From: an uncultured bacterium
GTDB lineage: Bacteria > Deinococcota > Deinococci > Deinococcales > Trueperaceae
Direction: 5' to 3'
Assembly: GCA_964565625.1 (NCBI GenBank)
Contig: CAZMFX010000001.1
Coordinates: forward strand, 3,058 to 58,792
Length of the DNA stretch: 55,735 nucleotides
Positions within the stretch are counted from its first letter, which is position 1; each line of letters begins with the position of its first letter. Below the pieces are notes generated by a model. The model saw only the letters and a program-made list of their open reading frames with translations. It was not told the origin of the DNA and made no database searches. The position numbers and the translations under genes are program-made. This document shows positions 18,021 to 26,092 of the stretch, piece by piece.

Positions 18021-18720
18021 GGACGTGACCGTGACGTTCGGCGGCCTCACGGCGGTCAACCGCGTGTCGCTGACCGTCGAGGAGGGCGCGATAATCGGCC
18101 TGATAGGCCCGAACGGCGCCGGCAAGACGACGCTCTTCAACGCCCTGACGGGCCACGTGCGGTCCTCCGGAGAGGTGCACATGTTCGGCCAGCGCGTCAC
18201 GCGTTTGCCCGCCTACGCCAGGACACGTCTCGGGATGGGGCGCACCTTCCAGGTCGAGCGGCCTTTCGAGGGGCTAACGGTCCTCGAGAACGTGCTCATC
18301 CCCGCCTTCCTGCACACCTCCGACAGGCGCGTCGCCGAGGCGCGGGCCCGCGAGGCGTTGGAGCGAGTGGAACTCCTCGACAGGGCGTTGCAGCCGTCTT
18401 CCGACCTCAACCTCGCGCGTCGCCGCAGGCTCGAGCTCGCCAAAGCGCTAGCGCTGGAGCCCAAGGTCCTCTTCCTCGACGAGCTCATGGCGGGCCTCAA
18501 CCCGCCGGCGCTGCGCGACATGATCGCTTTCGTTCGCGGGCTCGCCGACTCCGGCATGGCGATAGTGATGGTCGAGCACATCATGCAAGCCGTCACGGAG
18601 CTGTGCGACAAGGTCGTCGTGCTCGCCTTCGGCGAGCGGATCGCGGAGGGCTCCCCGCAGCAGGTGACGGACGACCCGCGGGTGATCGAGGCGTACCTCG
18701 GGGTTGAAGACGATGACTGA
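17998..18720 (+). CDS. livG: Branched-chain amino acid ABC transporter ATP-binding protein
   Basis: Trimmed to ATG 17998 (AGGAGG at 17989-17994). Walker A GPNGAGKTT, signature region LELAKALALEP, Walker B LFLDE. Confidence 0.9.
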   Translation: MPAALRAEDVTVTFGGLTAVNRVSLTVEEGAIIGLIGPNGAGKTTLFNALTGHVRSSGEVHMFGQRVTRLPAYARTRLGMGRTFQVERPFEGLTVLENVLIPAFLHTSDRRVAEARAREALERVELLDRALQPSSDLNLARRRRLELAKALALEPKVLFLDELMAGLNPPALRDMIAFVRGLADSGMAIVMVEHIMQAVTELCDKVVVLAFGERIAEGSPQQVTDDPRVIEAYLGVEDDD

Positions 18721-19444
18721 AGCGCCAGCCGAAGCGCCGGTCCTGAACGTGGTGGAAGCAGAGCTGGGTTACGGCGAGCTCCAGGTCGTGTTCGGGGTGA
18801 GCCTCCACGTCGACGAGGGCGAGCTCGTCGGCCTCGTCGGCGGCAACGGCAGCGGCAAGTCGACGATCCTGCGGGCCATCTCCGGGATGATCAGGCCGTG
18901 GCGCGGCCGCATCGTCCTGGCGGGTGAGGACGTCGGCGGGCTCTCACCGCATGAGCTCGCGCTGCGCGGCCTCGCCCACGTTCCCATGGGCAGGCAGCTG
19001 TTCCCCAACATGTCGGTCGAGGAGAACCTCTCGCTCGGCGCGTACCTGAAGCCGGCCCGCGCGCGCCGTCAAGAGGGCTTCGATACCGTCTACGGGCTCT
19101 TCCCCGACCTGCACACGAAACGCAAGGTGATGGCAGGGGCGCTCTCCGGTGGCCAGCAGCAGATGGTCGCCATCGGGAGGGCGCTGATGCTGCACCCGCG
19201 GGTGCTGATAATGGACGAGCCCAGCCTTGGCCTTGCGCCCCTCCTGGTGAAAGAGGTGATGGCGGTGATACGCCGCGTCTCCGAGACCGGCCTCCCCATA
19301 CTGCTCGTCGAACAGAACGTCAGGCAGGTCCTGAAGATCAGCGACAGGGCGTACGTGCTGGAGAACGGCCACCTGGTACTCGATGGCCCGTCGGATCAGC
19401 TGATGGACGACCCTACGATCAAGCGCGCGTACCTGGGGCTCTGA
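18713..19444 (+). CDS. livF: Branched-chain amino acid ABC transporter ATP-binding protein
   Basis: ATG 18713 overlaps the livG stop; an alternative TTG lies at 18704. Walker A GGNGSGKST, signature LSGGQQQM, Walker B LIMDEPS. Confidence 0.9.
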   Translation: MTEAPAEAPVLNVVEAELGYGELQVVFGVSLHVDEGELVGLVGGNGSGKSTILRAISGMIRPWRGRIVLAGEDVGGLSPHELALRGLAHVPMGRQLFPNMSVEENLSLGAYLKPARARRQEGFDTVYGLFPDLHTKRKVMAGALSGGQQQMVAIGRALMLHPRVLIMDEPSLGLAPLLVKEVMAVIRRVSETGLPILLVEQNVRQVLKISDRAYVLENGHLVLDGPSDQLMDDPTIKRAYLGL

Positions 19445-19570
19445 GAGTGCAGCGCGTTGCGATATCGACCGCGTTCGGCGGCTGCGGCCATCTGGTAGTT
19501 TCGGTGGAACCGGCGATTTCGGCTGGGCGCGCCGCGGTGATCCGGGTCGCGCAGCGGGAGGGGCGTCAGC

Positions 19571-20899
19571 ATGGCAGACACCGCCACGAGAAGCGACAAG
19601 AGGCGCGCGGGCAACGCCACACGTGAGTTGAGGGCGAGGCAGGACGAGGTCCTCTACCCCATAGTCGGCCGGTTGCAGCTCTACGGCGACGAGCCGCTTG
19701 CGGTCGACAGGGCAGAAGGAATGTACGTATACGACGTCGAGGGCAACGAGTACCTCGACTTCTTCGGCGGGATACTCACGGTCTCGGTCGGCCACTGCAA
19801 CGAGGAAGTCACCGAGGCCACGATCCAGCAGCTGAAGCGAGCCCAGCACACAAGCACGCTCTTCATCAACGAGGTGACCGTCGCGTTCGCAGAGAAGGTC
19901 CGGGAGGTGACGCCCGGGAACCTGGGGGTCTCCTTCTTCACCAGCTCGGGCAGCGAGGCGAACGAGAAAGCGATAATGACCGCCCGCATGTACACGGGCT
20001 GCACAGACGTCATCGCGCTGCGGCACGGCTACAGCGGCGGCACGCAGACGGCGATGAGCCTTACGGGTCAGGCGCCGTGGCGCAGCGGCCTCGTGTACGA
20101 CGGGTACATAAAGCACGTTCGCAACCCCAACATGTACAGGCGGCCGCAAGGCATGACAGAGGCCGCATACCTCGACCTGTGCGTCTCGGAGGTCGAGGAC
20201 GTCATCTCCTCGTCGACCGAGGGCCGCATCGCCGCCTTCATCGCCGAGCCCATACAGGGCGTCGGCGGCTTCGTAGTCGCGCCGGACGACTACTTCAGGC
20301 GGATAAAGCCGATCATCGAGGAGGCCGGCGGGCTGCTGATCATCGACGAGGTGCAGACCGGCTGGGGCCGCACGGGCGCGGGGATGTGCGCGATCGGGCA
20401 CTGGGGGGTGCAGCCCGACATCATGACCTTCGCCAAGGGGGTAGCCAACGGGTACCCCGTCGGCATCACGACGACGACGCCTGAGATAGCAGCAGCGGTC
20501 GACCACCTCACGCTCTCGACCTTCGGCGGCAACCCAGTAGCGATGGCGACCGCGCTCGCCACCGTCGAGTACATAGAGCGCAACGGGCTGATCGAGAACG
20601 CCGCACGTCAGGGGCAGGCGCTCCGGCGGCACCTGGATCGGCTCAAGGAGCGCTTCCCGTCGATCGGCGACGTGCGTGGCATGGGGCTCATGCAGGCCAT
20701 AGAGTTCGTCGACGACGCCGGCAGGCCGCATGCGGCGGGCGCGTCCGCCTTCGTCTCCGCCGCCAGGCGTCACGGATTGATCCTTGGCAAGGGCGGCATG
20801 GGCGGCAACGTCATCCGCATAGCGCCCCCTCTCATCGTTACAGACGAGCAGATCGCGGAGGCAGCGCGGATCATCGAGCTGGCGCTTTCGGAGGGTTAG
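19571..20899 (+). CDS. Class-III (AGXT2/beta-alanine-pyruvate-like) PLP-dependent aminotransferase
   Basis: 442 aa. Motifs: SSGSEANEKAI, AEPIQGVGG, IIDEVQTGWGRTG, PLP-lysine context FAKGVANGYP. Confidence 0.9.
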   Translation: MADTATRSDKRRAGNATRELRARQDEVLYPIVGRLQLYGDEPLAVDRAEGMYVYDVEGNEYLDFFGGILTVSVGHCNEEVTEATIQQLKRAQHTSTLFINEVTVAFAEKVREVTPGNLGVSFFTSSGSEANEKAIMTARMYTGCTDVIALRHGYSGGTQTAMSLTGQAPWRSGLVYDGYIKHVRNPNMYRRPQGMTEAAYLDLCVSEVEDVISSSTEGRIAAFIAEPIQGVGGFVVAPDDYFRRIKPIIEEAGGLLIIDEVQTGWGRTGAGMCAIGHWGVQPDIMTFAKGVANGYPVGITTTTPEIAAAVDHLTLSTFGGNPVAMATALATVEYIERNGLIENAARQGQALRRHLDRLKERFPSIGDVRGMGLMQAIEFVDDAGRPHAAGASAFVSAARRHGLILGKGGMGGNVIRIAPPLIVTDEQIAEAARIIELALSEG

Positions 20900-20918
20900 G
20901 AGACCACCGGCCCGGCGT

Positions 20919-20942
20919 CCACGGCGTTGCGATCCGCCGTGG
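20919..20942 (+). terminator. Hairpin downstream of the aminotransferase gene
   Basis: CCACGGCG-TTGCGATC-CGCCGTGG (8-bp stem, 8-nt loop) begins 20 nt after the stop. No clear U-tract. Confidence 0.4.
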
Positions 20943-21014
20943 TCGTGCTGCGCAGCATTGAGCCGGGCGGCGCACCGTATCGCGCTACCACTCGCACCGC
21001 GACGAGGGCCCGCG

Positions 21015-21020
21015 TAGAAT
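21015..21020 (+). promoter_or_regulatory. -10-like hexamer TAGAAT upstream of the STAND gene
   Basis: TAGAAT lies in a locally AT-richer stretch 58 nt upstream of ATG 21078. I found no convincing -35, so this is weak. Confidence 0.25.
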
Positions 21021-21077
21021 CTGAGCGAGACCCTTTACTTCCGTAGAGTTCGTCTTGCGACGGGTCCAGGAGCGGTG

Positions 21078-24000
21078 ATGAGCGAGGCGATAGCTGTGAT
21101 CACCGTGGTTGGCGTCGTGGTGACGATACTCGCCAACCTCACTAACATCGCCCGGTTCCTGGCCGACAGGCGGGAGAAGCGGGGGACACGCGTCAGCGTC
21201 GCAGCAGCTGCGGTCGGCCCCGCCGTCCCAGTAGGCGCCCAGGCCGCGACGGCGCCACCCATAGGCATCCTCACACCCGACCGTCGCATCCGCGTCTTCG
21301 TCTCCTCCAGCCTTGGCGAGCTCTCCAGGGAGCGCGCCGCGGCGCGGGACGCCATAGAGGGCCTGCGACTCACGCCGGTGATGTTCGAGGATGGGGCAAG
21401 GTCGCACCCACCAGCCTCGGTCTACCGCTCGTACATCGGCCAGAGCGACGTGTTCGTCGGCATATATGGTGAGTCGTACGGCCAGGTCCCGCCCGGCGCC
21501 GACGTCTCCGGGCTGGAGGAGGAGTACACCCTGTCCACCGGGCTTCCCGCCCTGCTGTACGTACTGGACCCGGCCCCAGGGCGCGAGCCGCGGCTGGCGG
21601 CCCTGCTGGATCGCATAAAGCGGGAGGACAGGGCGTCGTACCGCAAGTACTCCGACCCTGCAGAGCTGTCGGAGCTGCTGGCCGAGGACCTCGCCGTCAT
21701 CATCACAGAGCGCTTCCACGGAGCAGGCGGCCGTACGCCAGGCCCAGCCCCGTCGGCGGAGCCGGTCCTGGAGCCACAGCACCAGACGCAACGGCGCAGA
21801 CGCGGCACGGGCGCGGCCTGGCCGGCCCTCGCGGACTACGACCAGCGGGTCGGTAAGCCTACGGCGCCGCGCGTGCCGTTGCCTCCGACGTCGTTCGTGG
21901 GACGTGACGAGCTGCTCGAGCAGCTGGCAGAGGTGATCAACGACCCCGAGGTGCGCCTCGTCACCGTGCACGGCCCCGGCGGGATAGGCAAGAGCCGCCT
22001 CGCCATCGAGGTAGCAGGCGTCGTCAGCGCCGGCTTCCCGGACGGCGTCGTGTTCGTCTCCCTCGACGCGGTCCGCGACGTCGACCTCCTCGCCGGCGAG
22101 ATACTCGCCGCTCTAGAGGTACGCGAGAACGAGTCGGGCGGCCCGGAGGAGCGCCTGGAGAGCTACGTCAAGGACCGTCGGATGCTTATCATCCTCGACA
22201 ACTTCGAGGGCCTGCTGGCAGGAGTGCCCCTGATCTCCAGGCTGCTGGCGCGCGCGCCCGCGCTGAAGCTGCTCGTCACGTCGCGGCAGATGCTGCGCGC
22301 TCGCGGAGAGGTGGCGTTCTCCGTGCCTCCCATGAGCCTGCCGGTCGACCGGCTCCCTGTAGACCCGGTCGCGGCGAAGGGCTTCGACGCCGTGCGGCTG
22401 TTCGTCGAGCGCGCCGAGGACGTGAGCCCCGGGTTCGAGCTCGACGAAGAGAACGTCGCCGCCGTCGTCGAGATATGCAGGCGCCTCGACGGGTTGCCCC
22501 TTCCCATAGAGCTGGCGGCCGCGCGGGTGCGCACGCTCCCGCCGAACGCTCTCCTCGAGAGGATGACGAAGCGCTTGCCGATGCTCACCGGCGGTCCGAG
22601 GGACGCTCCCGCCCGTCACCAGACCCTCCGCGCGACGATCGCATGGAGCTACGACCAGCTGGAGGAGGACCAGAAGAGGCTCTTCGCCCGGCTGGCCGTG
22701 TTCGACGGCGTCACGTACCTGGACGCCGTCGAGAGCGTCCTGGAGGACCCCGGTGTGCTCGACGGCATCGGCGCCCTGGTGGACGCGAGCCTGCTCATGC
22801 GTTTGTCGCCGGACGAGGAGGCTTACCACATGCTGGAGACGCTCCGGGAGTTCGCCTCCGAGCGGCTGGAGGAGCTGCCTGGCAAGGACGAGCTGCGCCT
22901 CACCCACGCGCGCTACTTCGTCGTCTTCGGTCGCATCGCGGGGGACGGCCTGCGCGGCGCGGAGCAGCAGGAGTGGCTGAGGCGCATGCGCGCCTCCGAT
23001 GGCAACCTGCGCGCCGCGCTCGCGACGCTGCTCGACAGCGGGCTCTCGACGGAGGCTCTGAGGCTGGCAGCCGGCCTGCGCCCGTACTGGCACCGCGTCG
23101 GCGCGCTCAGCGAGGGCAGGAGGTGGCTGCGCCGCGCCCTCGACGCTGGCCAGGACGCTCCCGCCGCGGCCCGCGGCGCAGCGATGCTGGCGGACGGCGT
23201 GCTCGCGTGGCGACAGGGCGACCTCAAGGGCGCGCGACCGCAGCTGGCTGCTGCGCTGGCTACGGCCAAGGAGCTGGGAGACGACTCCTCCGCGATGACG
23301 GCGCTGAGGAGCCTAGGGGCGATCGCCCAGAACGCGGCGAACTACGTGGAGGCAGAGCGGCTCATGCAGGAGAGCCTCGCCATCGCCGATAGGAACGGCG
23401 ACTGCGAGGCTCAGTCGAACACCTACCTGAGCCTCGGCAACGTGGCGCTCGACCAGGGGATGCACGAGGCCGCAGAGGAGCGCTACCGGCGTAGCCGCGA
23501 CCTCGCAGAGGAGGCCGGCGACACGCTCGGCTACGCGTACGCCATCGACAACCTCAGCGTCAGCGCATGGCACAGGGGCGACCTCGAGGAGGCGACGCGC
23601 CTGGCAGACCAGGTGATGGAGATCTACGAGGAGCTCGACCTACAGGGCGGGAGAGCCAACGTGTGGCACAGACGCTGTCTCGTCGCCATAGAGCGCGGCC
23701 ACCTCGAGGTCGCAGAAGCCGAGGGCGCGAAGGCCCTCGCCGTGCGTGAGGCTCAGGGAGAGGACCGCGGCGCGTCTTTCGTGCTCTACGACCTTGCCCG
23801 CGTTGCGCTGCTGCGCCGCGACCTGGGGACGGCGCGCGAACGCCTCGCACGGGGCCTGAAGCTCGCCATGCGCCAGGGCGCGCCGGCGATCGAGGTCCTC
23901 TACGTGGAGGGCGCCGCCTGGTACCTGAGCCTCCTCGGCAAGCACGAGGAGGCCTACGGACTGTTGGCAGGGGCGGAGGCCTGGAGGCACAGGCTCGGCG

Positions 24001-24167
24001 TACCGGTGGCGCCGGTGATAGTCGAGAGGCAGAGCCGGCTCGGCAGGATGCTCGAGGGTCGCCTCGACGCCTACACGCGCACCGCCATCGAGGCCCGTGC
24101 GCGCGACCTGGAGCCGGGGGCCCTGCTGGAGCGCGCCTCTCAGGTCCTCGTCAGGGCCCCGTCGTGA
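21078..24167 (+). CDS. Membrane-anchored DUF4062 (TIR-like) / NB-ARC STAND ATPase / TPR-repeat protein
   Basis: AGGAG SD 5 nt before ATG 21078 (an in-frame GTG lies at 21075).
- TM helix AIAVITVVGVVVTILANLTNIARFL, then RREKRG.
- DUF4062-like RIRVFVSSSLGELSRERAAARDAIEGL..PVMFEDGA..SDVFVGIYGESYG..GLEEEYTL..LPALLYVLD.
- Walker A GPGGIGKS (21972-21995), Walker B MLIILDNFE, LLVTSR, GLPLPIELAA.
- Winged-helix-like LFARLAVFDG.
- About 430 aa of TPR-like helical repeats. Confidence 0.9.
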   Translation: MSEAIAVITVVGVVVTILANLTNIARFLADRREKRGTRVSVAAAAVGPAVPVGAQAATAPPIGILTPDRRIRVFVSSSLGELSRERAAARDAIEGLRLTPVMFEDGARSHPPASVYRSYIGQSDVFVGIYGESYGQVPPGADVSGLEEEYTLSTGLPALLYVLDPAPGREPRLAALLDRIKREDRASYRKYSDPAELSELLAEDLAVIITERFHGAGGRTPGPAPSAEPVLEPQHQTQRRRRGTGAAWPALADYDQRVGKPTAPRVPLPPTSFVGRDELLEQLAEVINDPEVRLVTVHGPGGIGKSRLAIEVAGVVSAGFPDGVVFVSLDAVRDVDLLAGEILAALEVRENESGGPEERLESYVKDRRMLIILDNFEGLLAGVPLISRLLARAPALKLLVTSRQMLRARGEVAFSVPPMSLPVDRLPVDPVAAKGFDAVRLFVERAEDVSPGFELDEENVAAVVEICRRLDGLPLPIELAAARVRTLPPNALLERMTKRLPMLTGGPRDAPARHQTLRATIAWSYDQLEEDQKRLFARLAVFDGVTYLDAVESVLEDPGVLDGIGALVDASLLMRLSPDEEAYHMLETLREFASERLEELPGKDELRLTHARYFVVFGRIAGDGLRGAEQQEWLRRMRASDGNLRAALATLLDSGLSTEALRLAAGLRPYWHRVGALSEGRRWLRRALDAGQDAPAAARGAAMLADGVLAWRQGDLKGARPQLAAALATAKELGDDSSAMTALRSLGAIAQNAANYVEAERLMQESLAIADRNGDCEAQSNTYLSLGNVALDQGMHEAAEERYRRSRDLAEEAGDTLGYAYAIDNLSVSAWHRGDLEEATRLADQVMEIYEELDLQGGRANVWHRRCLVAIERGHLEVAEAEGAKALAVREAQGEDRGASFVLYDLARVALLRRDLGTARERLARGLKLAMRQGAPAIEVLYVEGAAWYLSLLGKHEEAYGLLAGAEAWRHRLGVPVAPVIVERQSRLGRMLEGRLDAYTRTAIEARARDLEPGALLERASQVLVRAPS

Positions 24168-24195
24168 CCTTCTGTCGCTCGAGCTCGGCCGGCGT

Positions 24196-24861
24196 CTAGT
24201 CCCTGCTCCCCATGAAGATCGAGAGGTAGTAGAGCAGGTACATTATCGAGCCCGCCGCTGCCGCGACGTACGTGAGGGCCGCGGCGTTGAGCACCTGGCG
24301 TGTGCCGCCTACCTCGCTCTGCGTAGCGATGCCTAGCGTGCCGAGCTGCTTGGCGGCTCGGCTGCTGGCGTTGAACTCTACGGGCAGCGTGACTATCTGG
24401 AACAGGACCGCGGCGCCGAAGAGCAGTACGCCGACCTGGACCAGACCAAGGTAGCCGATTATCGCCCCGAGGATTATCAGCCACGGCGCGAAGTTGGCGC
24501 CTAGGGTCGCGACGGGCACGAGAGCCGTGCGCAGCTGCAGCGGGGCGTAACCGTTGGCGTGCTGGATGGCGTGCCCCACCTCGTGCGCCGCCACGGCGTG
24601 CGCCGCCACGCTGGCGCCACGGAAGTTGGCCGTGGAGAGGGAGACCACCTTCTTGCGCGGGTCGTAATGGTCGGTCAGCTGACCGGGCACCTCGACGACC
24701 CTCACATCGTTGAGCCCGTTGGAGTCGAGGATCATCCTGGCCGTCTCGGCGCCCGTTAGGCCGGAGGCCGCCTGTACCTTCTGCCACTTGCCGTACGTGT
24801 TCCGTAGGTAGCCCTGCACGAGCATCGTGCCTACGAGCAAGACGATGAAGATAAGGAACAT
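24196..24861 (-). CDS. YugP-like putative neutral zinc metallopeptidase (membrane-associated)
   Basis: 221 aa. N-terminal TM, then LTGAETARMILDSNGLNDVRV..LTDHYDPRKKVVSLS and the HExxH motif AAHEVGHAIQH. C-terminal TMs. GAGGGAGGAAG SD. Confidence 0.85.
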   Translation of the reverse strand: MFLIFIVLLVGTMLVQGYLRNTYGKWQKVQAASGLTGAETARMILDSNGLNDVRVVEVPGQLTDHYDPRKKVVSLSTANFRGASVAAHAVAAHEVGHAIQHANGYAPLQLRTALVPVATLGANFAPWLIILGAIIGYLGLVQVGVLLFGAAVLFQIVTLPVEFNASSRAAKQLGTLGIATQSEVGGTRQVLNAAALTYVAAAAGSIMYLLYYLSIFMGSRD

Positions 24862-24961
24862 CTTCCTCCCTCGTGTCTCTGAGTCTTAGCGCTCGCGGGC
24901 CGCTCCTACGCGGCGACGAGCGTCTCTGACACGAGGTTACACGGAAGCGTTCGCGTTGGAA

Positions 24962-24989
24962 CGCCGGCGGGCGACCAGCGCCGCCGGCG
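24962..24989 (-). terminator. GC-rich hairpin downstream of the small membrane-protein gene
   Basis: CGCCGGCGG-(10 nt)-CCGCCGGCG is a 9-bp stem about 25 nt after stop 25014. Confidence 0.45.
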
Positions 24990-25013
24990 GCCTTACGGAG
25001 GGTTGGCCGGGCG

Positions 25014-25223
25014 CTATGAACCCAGCCCGGCGATCGACCAGAGCAGCCCAAGACCGAAGACGAGCAGCCCGAAGACCATGAGGACCATGTTGACGAGCAT
25101 GCCCTCGATCTGCCTGGAACCGGTCGTCTCGAGGCTACCGGAGGAGACCGTCGCGAACATCACGGTGCGGGCTATGCCCAAGAGCAACGCTGCCCCGCCG
25201 ACGACCATCATCATGGTGATCAT
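25014..25223 (-). CDS. Hypothetical 69-aa two-TM membrane protein
   Basis: These are the last 69 codons of the otherwise spurious ORF 25014..26072. ATG 25223 is preceded by GGGAGG. Sequence: MITMMMVVGGAALLLGIARTVMFATVSSGSLETTGSRQIEGMLVNMVLMVFGLLVFGLGLLWSIAGLGS, two hydrophobic helices. Confidence 0.55.
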   Translation of the reverse strand: MITMMMVVGGAALLLGIARTVMFATVSSGSLETTGSRQIEGMLVNMVLMVFGLLVFGLGLLWSIAGLGS

Positions 25224-25297
25224 GCTGCACCTCCCTGGCGTTCTACGACACGCTAGAGCAGACGGGGCCGCCACGTTGTCGGTTCGCGCACGCTTAC

Positions 25298-26092
25298 CTA
25301 CAGGACGCGGCGCCTGAGGGCGGCCGACACCATCTCCCCGATGACGACGATGCCAAGGATCGCTATGAGCACCGTGGCGACGGTCTGCCAGTCGAAGAGG
25401 TCTATGGCGCCCTGGAGAATGAGGCCTATGCCGCCGGCTCCGACGAGCCCGAGGACCGTCGACTCCCGGATGTTTATGTCCCAGCGCAGGATGGCGACGG
25501 CGAAGAACGCGGGGAGCACCTGCGGCACGATCCCGTAGAGCACGACCTTGGCGCGCCCGGCGCCCGTCGCCTGTATCGCCTCGACCTGGCGCCTGTCTAT
25601 CTCCTCTATCGCCTCGGCCATCAGCTTGCCAACGAAGCCTATCGACCTGAAAGCGATCGCCAGCACGCCGGCAACGACGCCGGGGCCGAAGATCGCAACG
25701 AAGAGCAGCGCCCAGATGATCGTGTTGACCGAGCGGGTCGATACGACTATGAACCGGCCGAGCCACAGGAACAGCTGGTTGGGCGTCGTGTTCCGCGCCG
25801 CGATGTACGCGGTCGGCACTGCCAGGATCAGCGCCAGCAGGGTAGCTATCGTCGCGATGTGCACGGTCTCGACGAGCGCCGCCCCGATCTGCCCCACCTG
25901 GGTCAGCTTGGGCGGGCTCATGCGGCCAAGCAGGTCGGCTATCTGCACGGGCGCGTCCTTCACCCACGGCCAGTAGATGTCCAGGTCGCTCACCGCCCAG
26001 ACGAGCACGGCGACGGTCGCTAGGTAGGCCAGGAACCGCCACATGCGCTGGCTGAAGGTGAAGCGCTGCCAACGGTACGGGGCCCTCGTCAT
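25298..26092 (-). CDS. phnE: Phosphonate ABC transporter permease
   Basis: 264 aa. PhnE pattern (ETVHIATIATLLALILAVP..RSVNTIIWALLFV..FVGKLMAEAIEEID..GAGGIGL). Confidence 0.9.
   Translation of the reverse strand: MTRAPYRWQRFTFSQRMWRFLAYLATVAVLVWAVSDLDIYWPWVKDAPVQIADLLGRMSPPKLTQVGQIGAALVETVHIATIATLLALILAVPTAYIAARNTTPNQLFLWLGRFIVVSTRSVNTIIWALLFVAIFGPGVVAGVLAIAFRSIGFVGKLMAEAIEEIDRRQVEAIQATGAGRAKVVLYGIVPQVLPAFFAVAILRWDINIRESTVLGLVGAGGIGLILQGAIDLFDWQTVATVLIAILGIVVIGEMVSAALRRRVL

Noticed and set aside
19445-19570. Short direct repeats (CGCGTT x2; TTTCGG-N12-TTTCGG) between livF and the aminotransferase gene.
   Set aside because: 6-nt repeats at this spacing are expected by chance in 126 nt. There is no dyad symmetry or promoter context to support a function.
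25224-26072. A 352-aa ORF (25014..26072, minus strand) overlapping phnE in another frame.
   Set aside because: Only its last 69 codons (25014..25223) lie outside phnE, have an SD and look like a real membrane protein. The rest is Arg/Pro/Gly-rich and overlaps a bona fide PhnE gene.
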